Shown: positions 7,417 through 16,443 of the stretch, one piece after another | How the letters are laid out: each line of letters begins with the position of its first letter | Position numbering within the stretch: the stretch's first letter is position 1 | Assembly: GCA_963841435.1 (NCBI GenBank) | Contig: CAWJCS010000005.1 | Location: 1,088,001-1,152,000, forward strand | DNA: 64,000 bases | Reading direction: 5' to 3' | From: an uncultured delta proteobacterium | GTDB lineage: Bacteria > Myxococcota_A > Polyangia > Polyangiales > Polyangiaceae | Notes under the pieces: generated by a model | Seen by the model: only the letters and a program-made list of their open reading frames with translations | Database searches by the model: none | What the model was told of the DNA's origin: nothing | Position numbers and translations under genes: made by a program

Positions 7417-8847
7417 TCAGCCGCCGCCACTCGGCGTTTTTCGAAAGAGCACGACGCGCCCTCGCCGGGTGCGAATCACGCGAAAGCCGTGTGCGCTCGC
7501 GAGCCGCGCCTGCCCCGAGCCCCGGCGCGTGATGACGTAGTTGTAGAGGGGGTTTTCGAGCAGCTCCTGATCGAAGAACGTCATCGGAATCGATGTTCCG
7601 AGCGCGAGGTACCCGCCCGTGAGGTAGGGGTCGTCGACGAACAGGCCAGTGGCGTCGGCGCGGTGACCGACCCACGCCTGCGCGTCGAGCACTGCCTGAC
7701 TCTGGTCGAAATCCCGGAGCCGGAGCCGCGCCCAGCCATCCGCGACCACGAGCCCGAGCGCGAGCAGCGCCCCGATGACGCGCGCTTCGGTTCGCCGCCC
7801 GCTCGCGAGCATGAAACGCGACCATCCGGCTGACGCTGCGATTAGCAGGTACGCCCAGGCGAGCACCACGAAACGCTCCTCCTTGTGCGGCTGACTGCTC
7901 AGCACGACGACCATTCCGAGCCCGGACACCACGAACGGCCAGGTCACGCGCAGCGCCGCCAACGCCGGAACGACGAGCAGCGGCAGAGCGAACGGCAAGC
8001 GCTCGAACGCGCGTACGAAATAGAAGGCAAAGGGCTCGACACCGAACTCGGTCGCCCGCGCCTCTACGAAGTTGAACTTCAAGTAGGCGACGAAGGAAGA
8101 CAGAAAGCCGCCCCACGTCGCGAGATCCAAAAGGCCGAATGCAACGACGGGGACCAGCGCCAGGCCCGCGAGTGTCGCAGCGTCGCGAAAGCGCCGCTTG
8201 GCGACGAGCCATACGAACGGCACGAGCGCGAGCGGGCCGTTCGCGATGCGAAGGCAAACGCCGAGGCCGAGACACAGGCCCGCGTAGCCCGCGCGGCGCC
8301 GGGACTCGACGCCGCGCTCTTCGATGGATTCGGCGGAAAACACGAGCCCCCAGACGAGCGCGAGCATCGAGCCGTTTTCGCTGAGCGTCTGCGGCGCGAA
8401 CTTCACGAGCAGGGGGAACGTCGCCACGAGCGCCGCGGCGACAAGCCCACCAACGAGCTCTGCGCTCTCGCCCGACACGGCGAGCTCGTTCGGTGACGCT
8501 CTCACCATCCAGGCGCCCGCCCTGCGCGCCGCGAAGACCAGGAGAAGGCTCGCGAGCGACCAATTGAGAGCGAGGAGACGCCCGAGCGTGCGACCCTCGC
8601 GAACGCCGACGAGCTCGAAGAAGGCGAGCCAGGCGCCGTGATACCCCGGCAACGCCCAAGACCGTAGGCCGTCGGCCCACTCCCACGTGCCGTACGCCAG
8701 GCCATGGAGGCGCTGCCAGGCCGGCTCGACGTACTGGAAGAACTGGTCGGCGTGCACGGGCGGCGCCTCGAACGCCGCAACGACGCGTACCCCCGCCGCC
8801 AAGAGCACGATGGCCCAGAAGAGTCGGTCGGCAACCGCGCGCTTCAT
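7417..8847 (-). CDS. GT-C fold membrane glycosyltransferase, Alg9/PIG-B (GT22)-like mannosyltransferase
   Basis: HADQFFQYVEPA..G..TWEW..GLRS and HKEERF motifs typical of PIG-B/Alg9, plus many transmembrane segments. Confidence 0.8.
   Translation of the reverse strand: MKRAVADRLFWAIVLLAAGVRVVAAFEAPPVHADQFFQYVEPAWQRLHGLAYGTWEWADGLRSWALPGYHGAWLAFFELVGVREGRTLGRLLALNWSLASLLLVFAARRAGAWMVRASPNELAVSGESAELVGGLVAAALVATFPLLVKFAPQTLSENGSMLALVWGLVFSAESIEERGVESRRRAGYAGLCLGLGVCLRIANGPLALVPFVWLVAKRRFRDAATLAGLALVPVVAFGLLDLATWGGFLSSFVAYLKFNFVEARATEFGVEPFAFYFVRAFERLPFALPLLVVPALAALRVTWPFVVSGLGMVVVLSSQPHKEERFVVLAWAYLLIAASAGWSRFMLASGRRTEARVIGALLALGLVVADGWARLRLRDFDQSQAVLDAQAWVGHRADATGLFVDDPYLTGGYLALGTSIPMTFFDQELLENPLYNYVITRRGSGQARLASAHGFRVIRTRRGRVVLFRKTPSGGG
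7423..7507. repeat. 85-bp direct repeat, copy 2 (within the glycosyltransferase 3' end)
   Basis: Identical to 5812-5896. Confidence 0.95.
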
Positions 8848-9437
8848 CGTCCGAACGCCTCGATCTCGTAGAGCACCACTCTGCTTCCCGGCTCGTTGGG
8901 AACGAAATCCACGCGGACCCCGAGCGCGTCCGGGCAATCGAGCGCGTGGGTCGAACGCTTCTTTCGATTCTTCCGCACGCGGATCGAGGGACCATGACCG
9001 CCTGAACGCAAGCAAGTGATCCGGAATTTTCGCACGGGTTGCTCTTCCTTTTCAACGTCGCTCACGTGCCTGAGGACGACCCGCTCGAGGTGGTGTGGCT
9101 CGCGAAAATCGAGCTCGACCCAGGGCACGGCATCGCCGACCTGCGACGCCCATTTTTCGTTCATCGTCGGCCGCGCCCGGCCGTCAACGAGGTAGGCAAC
9201 GTGGTGAAAGGCGTGCACGTCACGCTCCATCGAGCTCGCACGCAGCGTCGGGCCCGAAGCAAGCACGGCGAGGTGCGGATCGCCCGGCGACCAGCCCGCT
9301 TGGCGCGGGAGCGTCAGCTCGACGCTGGGCCGCGCGACGATGAAGCGCGCCAAGCCCACGAGCCAGCAGAATGTCAGGAGCGCGCCGGCAGCCGGCGCGA
9401 GAGCACCGGCCGTGCAGGGCCACCGGAACGTCGTCAT
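8844..9437 (-). CDS. membrane-anchored protein with a discoidin/F5-8 type C-like domain
   Basis: N-terminal TM helix, LVDG...KWAS...PWVELDF...VVLYEIEAFG. Its stop overlaps the ATG of the glycosyltransferase (ATGA). Confidence 0.6.
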   Translation of the reverse strand: MTTFRWPCTAGALAPAAGALLTFCWLVGLARFIVARPSVELTLPRQAGWSPGDPHLAVLASGPTLRASSMERDVHAFHHVAYLVDGRARPTMNEKWASQVGDAVPWVELDFREPHHLERVVLRHVSDVEKEEQPVRKFRITCLRSGGHGPSIRVRKNRKKRSTHALDCPDALGVRVDFVPNEPGSRVVLYEIEAFGR

Positions 9438-9493
9438 CCGCACCCAGTATCACGATCGACCCACGCAAGCGTGAGCAGTGCGCTGCGACCGGC

Positions 9494-10399
9494 TCAACAG
9501 ACGGGGCAGGCACAAGCGACGTAGTCCTCGGTCTCGGTACAACCGTAGGAGCAGGCCGCGAGGCAGCTACAGTATTTTCCCGCCGCGCATCCGTTTTGGG
9601 GCACGACGCAGGAGTATGACGCGAACTGGGCCTCGAAGACGATGCACACCGTGCCGTCGGGACACGCGGAGCAGTCGGTGACCTGACCGCAATCGGTGGC
9701 GTCGATGCAGGGCCCCCAGCACGGAACCGCAATGCCCTGCGAGACGACGCTCGGCACCTGACCCGGCGGGCAGCTGGGCGGCGCTGCTTCGCACCCCACC
9801 CGCCCGCGATCACAGCTAACGTCGAATCGGCAGCGACCCATGTCGCACGTCGGATGAACCTCGGTGAGACCAAGCTCGACGCAAGCGTCGCGCTCGCAGT
9901 CGAGAGCGCAAAAGGAGGGAGTTTTTTGGGGCTCCGAACGGCACCCGCAGCAGTCGCTGACGCGCACGCAATCCTCGGGCCCTTCGCACTCCCGTTCACC
10001 CGGTGGTGGCGTGATCACGCCGCCCGTGCCGCCCCCGGCCTGGCCACCGGACGCGCCGGCGTCGCCGCCGGTCGCTCCTGACACGCCACCCATGGCGCCC
10101 GCGCTACCGCTGCTTCCCGCTGTGCCGCCCGCCGTTCCCGCTGTGCCGCCCGCCGTTCCCGCGGTGCCGCCCGCCGTTCCCGCTGTGCCACCCGTCGTTC
10201 CCCCGGTGCCACCTCGGCCTGCGGTGGCGCCTCCAGAGCCGGCACCCACCGCGCCTGCCGTCACGCCGGCGGTGCCGCCCGACGCGCCGCTTCCCCGCTC
10301 GCTCGTCGACTTGCCGGCGCAGTGGAGCACGAGCGCGGCCAAGACGACGGCGAGGGCCAAACCCCGCACCCGTCGGTTCGATTGTCGCGCGCTCTCCAT
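9494..10399 (-). CDS. Cys-rich lipoprotein with Gly/Thr-rich linker
   Basis: GGAGG RBS, hydrophobic signal ending in Cys (LVLHC), GTAGGTA repeats (21-bp tandem near 10120-10200), and a Cys-rich C-terminus. Confidence 0.8.
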   Translation of the reverse strand: MESARQSNRRVRGLALAVVLAALVLHCAGKSTSERGSGASGGTAGVTAGAVGAGSGGATAGRGGTGGTTGGTAGTAGGTAGTAGGTAGTAGGTAGSSGSAGAMGGVSGATGGDAGASGGQAGGGTGGVITPPPGERECEGPEDCVRVSDCCGCRSEPQKTPSFCALDCERDACVELGLTEVHPTCDMGRCRFDVSCDRGRVGCEAAPPSCPPGQVPSVVSQGIAVPCWGPCIDATDCGQVTDCSACPDGTVCIVFEAQFASYSCVVPQNGCAAGKYCSCLAACSYGCTETEDYVACACPVC

Positions 10400-10537
10400 C
10401 GCCTCCCACTTTTCAGATTACCACACCGGCGCTCGGCGCCGGCGCACACCCGGCGGAAAACATCCATTATTACAGCACGTTGGCGCCTTTCGCGAGGCCG
10501 GTCGTCTAACCACCGAACCCCCGAAAGGAGACGATCC

Positions 10538-11119
10538 ATGACCACACCGATCCGCATCTTGGGCTTCGCCGGCAGCACCTACGTCCGCACCGCGCGCCTC
10601 GTCTGTCTCGAGAAGGACGTGCCCCACGAGCTCGTGCCGCTCGAGTTCGGCGCAGCGTCGCACGTGAAGGAGCACCCGTTCGCGAAGATGCCCGCGCTCG
10701 TGCACGACGACGTTCGCCTCTTCGAAACGCTCGCCATCGGCAGCTACGTGAACGATCTGGGCTCGGCGCCGAGCCTGCTCCCGGCGGCACCTAGAGAGCG
10801 CGCCGTCGCACTGCAATGGATCAGCGCCGCCATCGACTACGTCTACGACGACCTCGTGCGGGCCCTCCTCGCCGACACGCTCCCGGACGGCGCGCGGGCG
10901 AACGTCAATCGGACGCTCGCCGCGCTGGATGCGGGCATCGCATCGCGGCCGTTCTTCGCAGGGCGTGAGCTCTCCCTCGCGGATTTGTTTCTCGCGCCCA
11001 TGGTGGACTTCGCCGCGCGGAAGGAGCCCGAGCTCGCGCCACGCGAGCAGAAGAACCTCACGCGCTGGCTCGATACCATGCGCGCCCGCGCGAGCATGAA
11101 AGCGACGGCGGGCTCGTGA
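10538..11119 (+). CDS. glutathione S-transferase family protein
   Basis: AAGGAG RBS; STYVRTARL, HPFAKMPAL, LFETLAI and SLADL motifs. Confidence 0.92.
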   Translation: MTTPIRILGFAGSTYVRTARLVCLEKDVPHELVPLEFGAASHVKEHPFAKMPALVHDDVRLFETLAIGSYVNDLGSAPSLLPAAPRERAVALQWISAAIDYVYDDLVRALLADTLPDGARANVNRTLAALDAGIASRPFFAGRELSLADLFLAPMVDFAARKEPELAPREQKNLTRWLDTMRARASMKATAGS

Positions 11120-12069
11120 GCCAGGCCGTCGCGCGTCCGCTCGAGGAGCGGCGGGCCTCACGGCCGCGGGGAGCTTCTGCGTCCCGCGGCCGGATGCTAC
11201 GGTCCGAGCCCTTGAACGGACCTTCCGCACCCGGATCCAGCGAGGCCTCGCTCGTCGAGGCCGCACGCAGCGGCGATCGGGCGGCATTCGAAGCGATCTG
11301 TCGCGATGCCCGACCGAAGCTTCGCGGCGTTTTGAGAAAGCTCGTCGGGGATCCCGAGCAGACCGACGATCTCACCCAGGAAGCTCTGACCAAGGCGTGG
11401 ACCTCGCTCGCGAGGTTCGACGGGCGCTCCGCCTTTTCCACCTGGCTCTGCCGCATCGGCGTCAACCTCGCGCTCGACCTGCTGCGCGGGGAGAAGCGCT
11501 GGCGCGACCGCGCACAGGTCGCCTACGCGAACGAATGCACGCGCTCGCCAGAGCTCGGCATGGAGGTCGGCGGCACGCTCATGGCGCCGGACTTCCACTA
11601 CGACGTAAGCGAGCACATCGCCTTCTGCTTCCAATGCGTCGGACGGTCGCTCGCCCCCGAGCTCCAGGCGGCGCTCGTGCTGCGCGAGGTGCTCGAGCTC
11701 GGAAACCAGGAAGCGGCCGACGAGCTCGGCATCTCCGAATCGGTGCTCCGGCACCACCTCACCGAAGCGCGCGCCACGATGCACGCGTCGTTCGACGGCC
11801 TGTGCGCCCTCGTGAGCAAAACGGGCGTCTGCTACCAATGCAAAGGTCTACGGGAGGTGATCCCCGACCCCGTGAGACAGGGTGAGCCGGCGCCGGACGA
11901 ATTGCCCTTCGCGCGTCGATTGCAGATTTGGCGCGAAGCACCCATCGATCAGGGAAGATCGCAAGCCTTGCATGATCTTTTCTGGCGTCGCATTCGAGCA
12001 CAGGAACGCGACGGTGTTGGCTCGACCGAGCCCAGCTCCGACTGCGCGCCAGCTTCCGACAGTCGCTGA
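11116..12069 (+). CDS. ECF-type RNA polymerase sigma-70 factor with Cys-containing insert and C-terminal extension
   Basis: Region 2 (DDLTQEA...FSTWLCRIGVNLALD) and region 4 (ALVLREVLELGNQEAADELG), plus FCFQC and CALVSKTGVCYQC. GTG overlaps the GST stop. Confidence 0.88.
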   Translation: MSQAVARPLEERRASRPRGASASRGRMLRSEPLNGPSAPGSSEASLVEAARSGDRAAFEAICRDARPKLRGVLRKLVGDPEQTDDLTQEALTKAWTSLARFDGRSAFSTWLCRIGVNLALDLLRGEKRWRDRAQVAYANECTRSPELGMEVGGTLMAPDFHYDVSEHIAFCFQCVGRSLAPELQAALVLREVLELGNQEAADELGISESVLRHHLTEARATMHASFDGLCALVSKTGVCYQCKGLREVIPDPVRQGEPAPDELPFARRLQIWREAPIDQGRSQALHDLFWRRIRAQERDGVGSTEPSSDCAPASDSR

Positions 12070-12169
12070 CACATTGCGCTCTTTGCTGCGACCGCCGGTG
12101 GGGTGACGATTTTGCCGCTGGCCGGCGACACGTCTCGTCGTTGCAATGGCGTTGCAAACGGCAGAGCAC

Positions 12170-13378
12170 ATGCGCAACCAACACGGCGGCAGGACGCTTC
12201 GAACATCCACCTCGCTCGGCCTGCGAAAAGTCGGGCTATTCGCGGCGAGCATCGCCTTCGCGCTTTCGTGCGCCAGCGCGGACGATACGCCGGGCGGCTC
12301 GGGCGGGACGCAGGCGGCGGCGGGAGCGGCGGCGGTCGCGGGCGCCGGTGCGGGCGGTTCGCTTGCCGGAGGCAGCGGCGGTACCGCGGGCACCGGGGCG
12401 CCGCCAACGGGCGGCTCATCGGGCACCGCCGGCACCTTCGCGGGCAATGGTGGCGCTGGCGGCGCGGGCGCGGGCGCCGGTGGCGCGGGCGCGACGGGTG
12501 CGCTGGGCGGCACGGCCGGGCTCAGCGCGGGCCAAAGTGGGCAATCGGGGGCGGGCGCCGGGGGAGCGTCAGGGGGCACCCCGGCAAACGGCGGCAGCGC
12601 TGGTGCAGGTGCCGGCGGGGCCGGGGCGGGCGGCGTCGGCGGCGTCGGCGGCGCTGGAAACGGAGGCGCGAGTGGCGCCGGTGCGGGCGGCGCTGGAAAC
12701 GCCGGCGCGAGCGGCTCGAGCGGCAGCGGCGGCGCTCAGGGTTACGAGCCGTGCCCGACCACGGGCCCCTGCAAGATCCTGCCGCTCGGCGACTCGATCA
12801 CCTGGGGCATTCAGTACGACGGGGCGTACCGCGTCCAGCTCTTCACGCGCGCGGTCAACGACGGCCATTCGATCACCTTCACGGGCTCGCTCAGCAACGG
12901 GCCGAGCATGGCCGCCGGTCAGACCTTCCCCAAGAGCAACGAGGGCCACAGCGGCTGGACCATCGACCAGGACGCAGGGCTCATTCCGTCGCCGGCGCTC
13001 AACACGATACCGAACATCGTCACGCTCATGATCGGCACCAACGACGTGTACGCGCAGTCGGGACAGTCCACGATGCCCAATCGTCTCGGTAGTTTGATCG
13101 ACAAGATCACGGCCGCCGCGCCCGACGCGCTGCTCGTCGTGGCGAAGATCACACCGCTTGCGAACGCCAGCTGGAACGCGACCATCAAGACGTACAACGA
13201 CGCGATCCCCGGCGTCGTCGACACGCGCGTCGCCGCGGGCAAGCACCTGATGGTCGTCGACATGAACACGGGCTTCACCTCCGGGATGTTGAGCTCCGAC
13301 TCCATCCACCCGAACAAGTCCGGCTACGACTTCATGGGCAACGTCTGGTACGAGGCCATCAAGGACTTTTTGCCGTAG
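12170..13378 (+). CDS. SGNH/GDSL hydrolase lipoprotein (CE3-like esterase) with Gly-rich linker
   Basis: ALSC lipobox; all four SGNH blocks present (PLGDSIT, EGHSGW, IGTND, DSIHP). Confidence 0.9.
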   Translation: MRNQHGGRTLRTSTSLGLRKVGLFAASIAFALSCASADDTPGGSGGTQAAAGAAAVAGAGAGGSLAGGSGGTAGTGAPPTGGSSGTAGTFAGNGGAGGAGAGAGGAGATGALGGTAGLSAGQSGQSGAGAGGASGGTPANGGSAGAGAGGAGAGGVGGVGGAGNGGASGAGAGGAGNAGASGSSGSGGAQGYEPCPTTGPCKILPLGDSITWGIQYDGAYRVQLFTRAVNDGHSITFTGSLSNGPSMAAGQTFPKSNEGHSGWTIDQDAGLIPSPALNTIPNIVTLMIGTNDVYAQSGQSTMPNRLGSLIDKITAAAPDALLVVAKITPLANASWNATIKTYNDAIPGVVDTRVAAGKHLMVVDMNTGFTSGMLSSDSIHPNKSGYDFMGNVWYEAIKDFLP

Positions 13379-13394
13379 CCGGGGCGCGAGCCGG

Positions 13395-14461
13395 TCAGTA
13401 GCCGGCGATGCAGCGCCGCCCCAGCACGTCGAACACCGCGGCGGCGGCGGCCACAGCGCCGGACGCGCTGAAGACGAGGCCGTCCGCCGCGGCGTACTCG
13501 GGGTGGGCGGTAAAGACCGGGCGCAGGTCGATGAAATGGCACGGGAGCGGGGCACGACCGCACGCGTTTTCGACCTGCGGTCGGAGCACATCGAGGCCGG
13601 CCTTCACGTCAGCGTTGCCGACGGGATCGGCGTAGAAGAAATAGACCACCTGCTCGACGCCGTCGGCAGCGGCGCGAGTGAGCAGCGCCTCGAAGCCCGC
13701 AACGGCCGCGGTCACCGCGGGGCAGGTGGCGGTCGGCGCCGAGCCGCAGGGAACGTTGAGCACGTCGGTTTCTCCCCCGTCCATGACGATGAACCGCATG
13801 GCACCCTCGCCTCGAGCGGTCGCGTACTGGTTCTCGATGGAGAGCGACCCGGTCGCCAGGACGGACATCAGGTACGAGGAGTAGTCCCGCAGCTGCTCAC
13901 CGGACGCGAGAACGCCCGCGTCGACGAGCAGCTGCTCGAGCTCGGTGGTGAACGGACTCAGCTGGATGATCGAATCGCCCAAGACGACGAGCTCGGACGG
14001 GGCAGGCTGTGTCCCTACGCAGCTCGAAGGATCGCCCGCGTCGGGCGGAGGCAGCGGATCGCGCCGGCAAAAGCCGGATTGGCAGGTGAAGGCGCCCGCG
14101 AGGGGTCCGCAGTCCGCATCAGTGAGGCAGCTCACGTCGCAGACGCTCGCAACGTGCCGTCGCCGTCGCCGTCGAGACAGCGCCCCTCTGCGACGCGCGG
14201 CGCGAGCGGGGTGCACGCCGCGTTGGACGCGAGCGCCGCACATTCGGCGCTTCTCGCGCAAGGCGTCGTGCACACGCTGCACACGCAGCTCGCCTCCTCG
14301 CCGCAGGTTGCCTGACAGCTCGAAAGGAAGTGCGTTTCGCTGCCGTCGGGCGAGCCCGTCTCCTCCCCGCACGATGCCGTGGCAAGGAGGGGCGAAAGTC
14401 CGAAGAGCAGGCGGAACAGTGCTCGAGTGGCACCGGCACGAAAGCTAGTCGCCGCTGCCAT
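13395..14461 (-). CDS. Cys-rich lipoprotein with a C-terminal SGNH-like domain (1-nt frameshift near 14152)
   Basis: ATG 14461 after AGGAG, TASC lipobox, Cys-rich N-terminal half. It joins the frame containing VVLGDSI and DGGETDVL. Confidence 0.7.
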
Positions 14462-15434
14462 CGCTCTCCTCCTCGATGAGGCATTGACCCAGGTAGACGA
14501 TGACCTGCGTGGCCTCATCGGGGCTCCGATGCTCGGCATTGTAGCGCTCGATCTTCTCGCGCAGCTTGCCGACGCGCTGGCGCAGCTCGCCGAGCGTCTC
14601 GAACGCCTCGTCGGCGTGGGGGTGCCCCTGCCACACGTCGAGCGTATAGGTGCTGCCCCCGATGCGATCGGCCAGACTCGCGCTCGACCGTGCGAGCCCC
14701 AGGCGCGCCGTGACGGTGTTCACGAGTGCCCGGTAATGGTCGAACACGGCGGCTTCCCAGCCCACGGGCGCACCGAGCGGGACGAGCAGCGAGCTTGCGC
14801 GATACAGGCCGTCAGCGCTCGAAAGCACAATCCGACCCGCTTCCTCGAGTCGCACGAGCGCCAGCGAAAGCTCCCCCTGGTCGATGGCCTGGCTGGCGAG
14901 GTCAGCGAGACCCGTGGGGCCTTCGCGGTAGATGAGCGCCCACAAGAGCTCGTCGAGCCCCTCGTTTTTGCGCGTCTGACGCAGCCGCTCGAGCTCCTCT
15001 TCGGGCGTGATGCGATAGCTCACGGCCACGCCCCCGCCCGAAGCGGTGATGAGCCCGCTCTCGCTAAGGTCGTGGAGCACGGCACGGACTTGACCGTCGT
15101 CGTCCCCCGAAAAATGCCCGAGCACCTCCGTACGCGTCACGGTGCCACGGCCACCCACGTAGTCGAGCACGGCCACCCAGAGCGAGCGACCCTTTTCCGT
15201 CGAGCTCTCGGTGAAACGCTGGATCTTACGCTGGTAGGTGCGAAGGCCCAGCCCGAACATGTCCGCGCTGACCTTGCGGCTCACGCCCTGCCGCTCGAGC
15301 TCTCGCACGAGGTCGAGAAAAACCTGATTCGCGACGTGAGCGAGCGGCGCGCGCGTGCCGCCAGCGGTCGCAAGCTGAGCTATCAGGATCGTGGTCTGCC
15401 GGACGATGGCCTGAATCAAAAGCTCGACGGTCAT
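14445..15434 (-). CDS. conserved hypothetical protein, putative multi-HTH/wHTH regulator
   Basis: HTH-like GVSRKVSADMFGLGLRTYQRKI and two wHTH-like segments ending ESGLI and EAGRI. No TM helices. Confidence 0.65.
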   Translation of the reverse strand: MTVELLIQAIVRQTTILIAQLATAGGTRAPLAHVANQVFLDLVRELERQGVSRKVSADMFGLGLRTYQRKIQRFTESSTEKGRSLWVAVLDYVGGRGTVTRTEVLGHFSGDDDGQVRAVLHDLSESGLITASGGGVAVSYRITPEEELERLRQTRKNEGLDELLWALIYREGPTGLADLASQAIDQGELSLALVRLEEAGRIVLSSADGLYRASSLLVPLGAPVGWEAAVFDHYRALVNTVTARLGLARSSASLADRIGGSTYTLDVWQGHPHADEAFETLGELRQRVGKLREKIERYNAEHRSPDEATQVIVYLGQCLIEEESDGSGD

Positions 15435-15661
15435 ACGCGCGGCAGCGGTCCCAAGGGGTACCGCTTATTTTTTTTGCCACGCCTGAAACATGGAAGCGAC
15501 AGACTTGTCGCCCTCTCGTGGAAACTTGTCGCTTTCGGGGAATCTCTTGCCTTCCCGGCTGCATGCCGGGCGAGTCGCGGCCAAAGCGCGCGCCTCCGCG
15601 CCAGTTCGAAGAGCGTTCCCGCGGGCCCGGCGCGTCGCCAAAGCGCTCTAAGGCCGCCCGC

Positions 15662-16436
15662 TCATGCCGAGGGCGCTGCGCTGGTCCGAAACTCCCGCCA
15701 CCAGGCGCGCGCCTCGTCGAGCGTCCAAGGGGAGCGCCGCGCGCAGTCGGCCAGCGCGTCGTGGAGCTCTCGTGCCGACTGCGGTCGCTCGCCGGGAGCC
15801 TTGGCGAGACAGCGGAGCACGAGCGCTTCGAGCTCTTGGGGCAGCGGCGTGCCGAGCACCTCGCTCGGAGGAACCGGCGGCGTGTGGAGGTGATGGCCGC
15901 ACACGGCGAGCACACTATCGGCCTCGAACGGCGGTCGCCCCGTGAGCAGAAAATAGGCAACGCCACCGAGCGCGTAGATGTCGACGCGGTGGTCCCCCGC
16001 GGCGGGCGACACGATCGACTCCGGCGCCAGGTACTGCGGCGTGCCGGTGATGGCGTCGGTATGGGTGAGAGCGGGACCGGCCTCGGGCTCGAGGCTCTTC
16101 ACGAGGCCGAAGTCGACGAGCTTGACGGTATCGGGTGCCCCGCCACGTTCACAGAACAGCATGTTGGCGGGTTTCACGTCACGGTGAATGAGCCCGAGCG
16201 AATGCGCCTCCGAAAGGGCCCCGGCCGCCTGGAGCAAGATGTGGATCACGCGCGCCCCTTTCGGGCATCATCGCGAGCGTGAGCAGCAGGCCGAGCACGT
16301 ACAGACCGCCGAAGATGAGGAGCAGCACCCGCGCGTAGTCCGACACCCGCTGCGCGTAGAAGCGCTGCGTCTCTTCCTCGCTGGGGGCCGCGCCGGCTCG
16401 CAGCAGGGCGCGCTCGGCTTCGGGACGGCTGCTCAT
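15662..16436 (-). pseudogene. membrane Ser/Thr protein kinase with a large internal deletion
   Basis: An N-terminal TM fragment is joined out of frame near 16257 to the kinase C-lobe (HRDVKPAN, DFG, GTPQYLAPE, DIYALG). The Gly-rich loop and VAxK are missing. Confidence 0.8.
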
Positions 16437-16443
16437 CCACGCC

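Noticed and set aside
5812-7507. Diversity-generating retroelement TR/VR pair
   Set aside because: The two copies are identical, with no adenine-specific mismatches, and there is no reverse transcriptase in the window.
3337-16436. tRNA-anchored genomic island or prophage
   Set aside because: I found no integrase or phage genes, no distal copy of the tRNA 3' end beyond 3830, and no obvious compositional shift.
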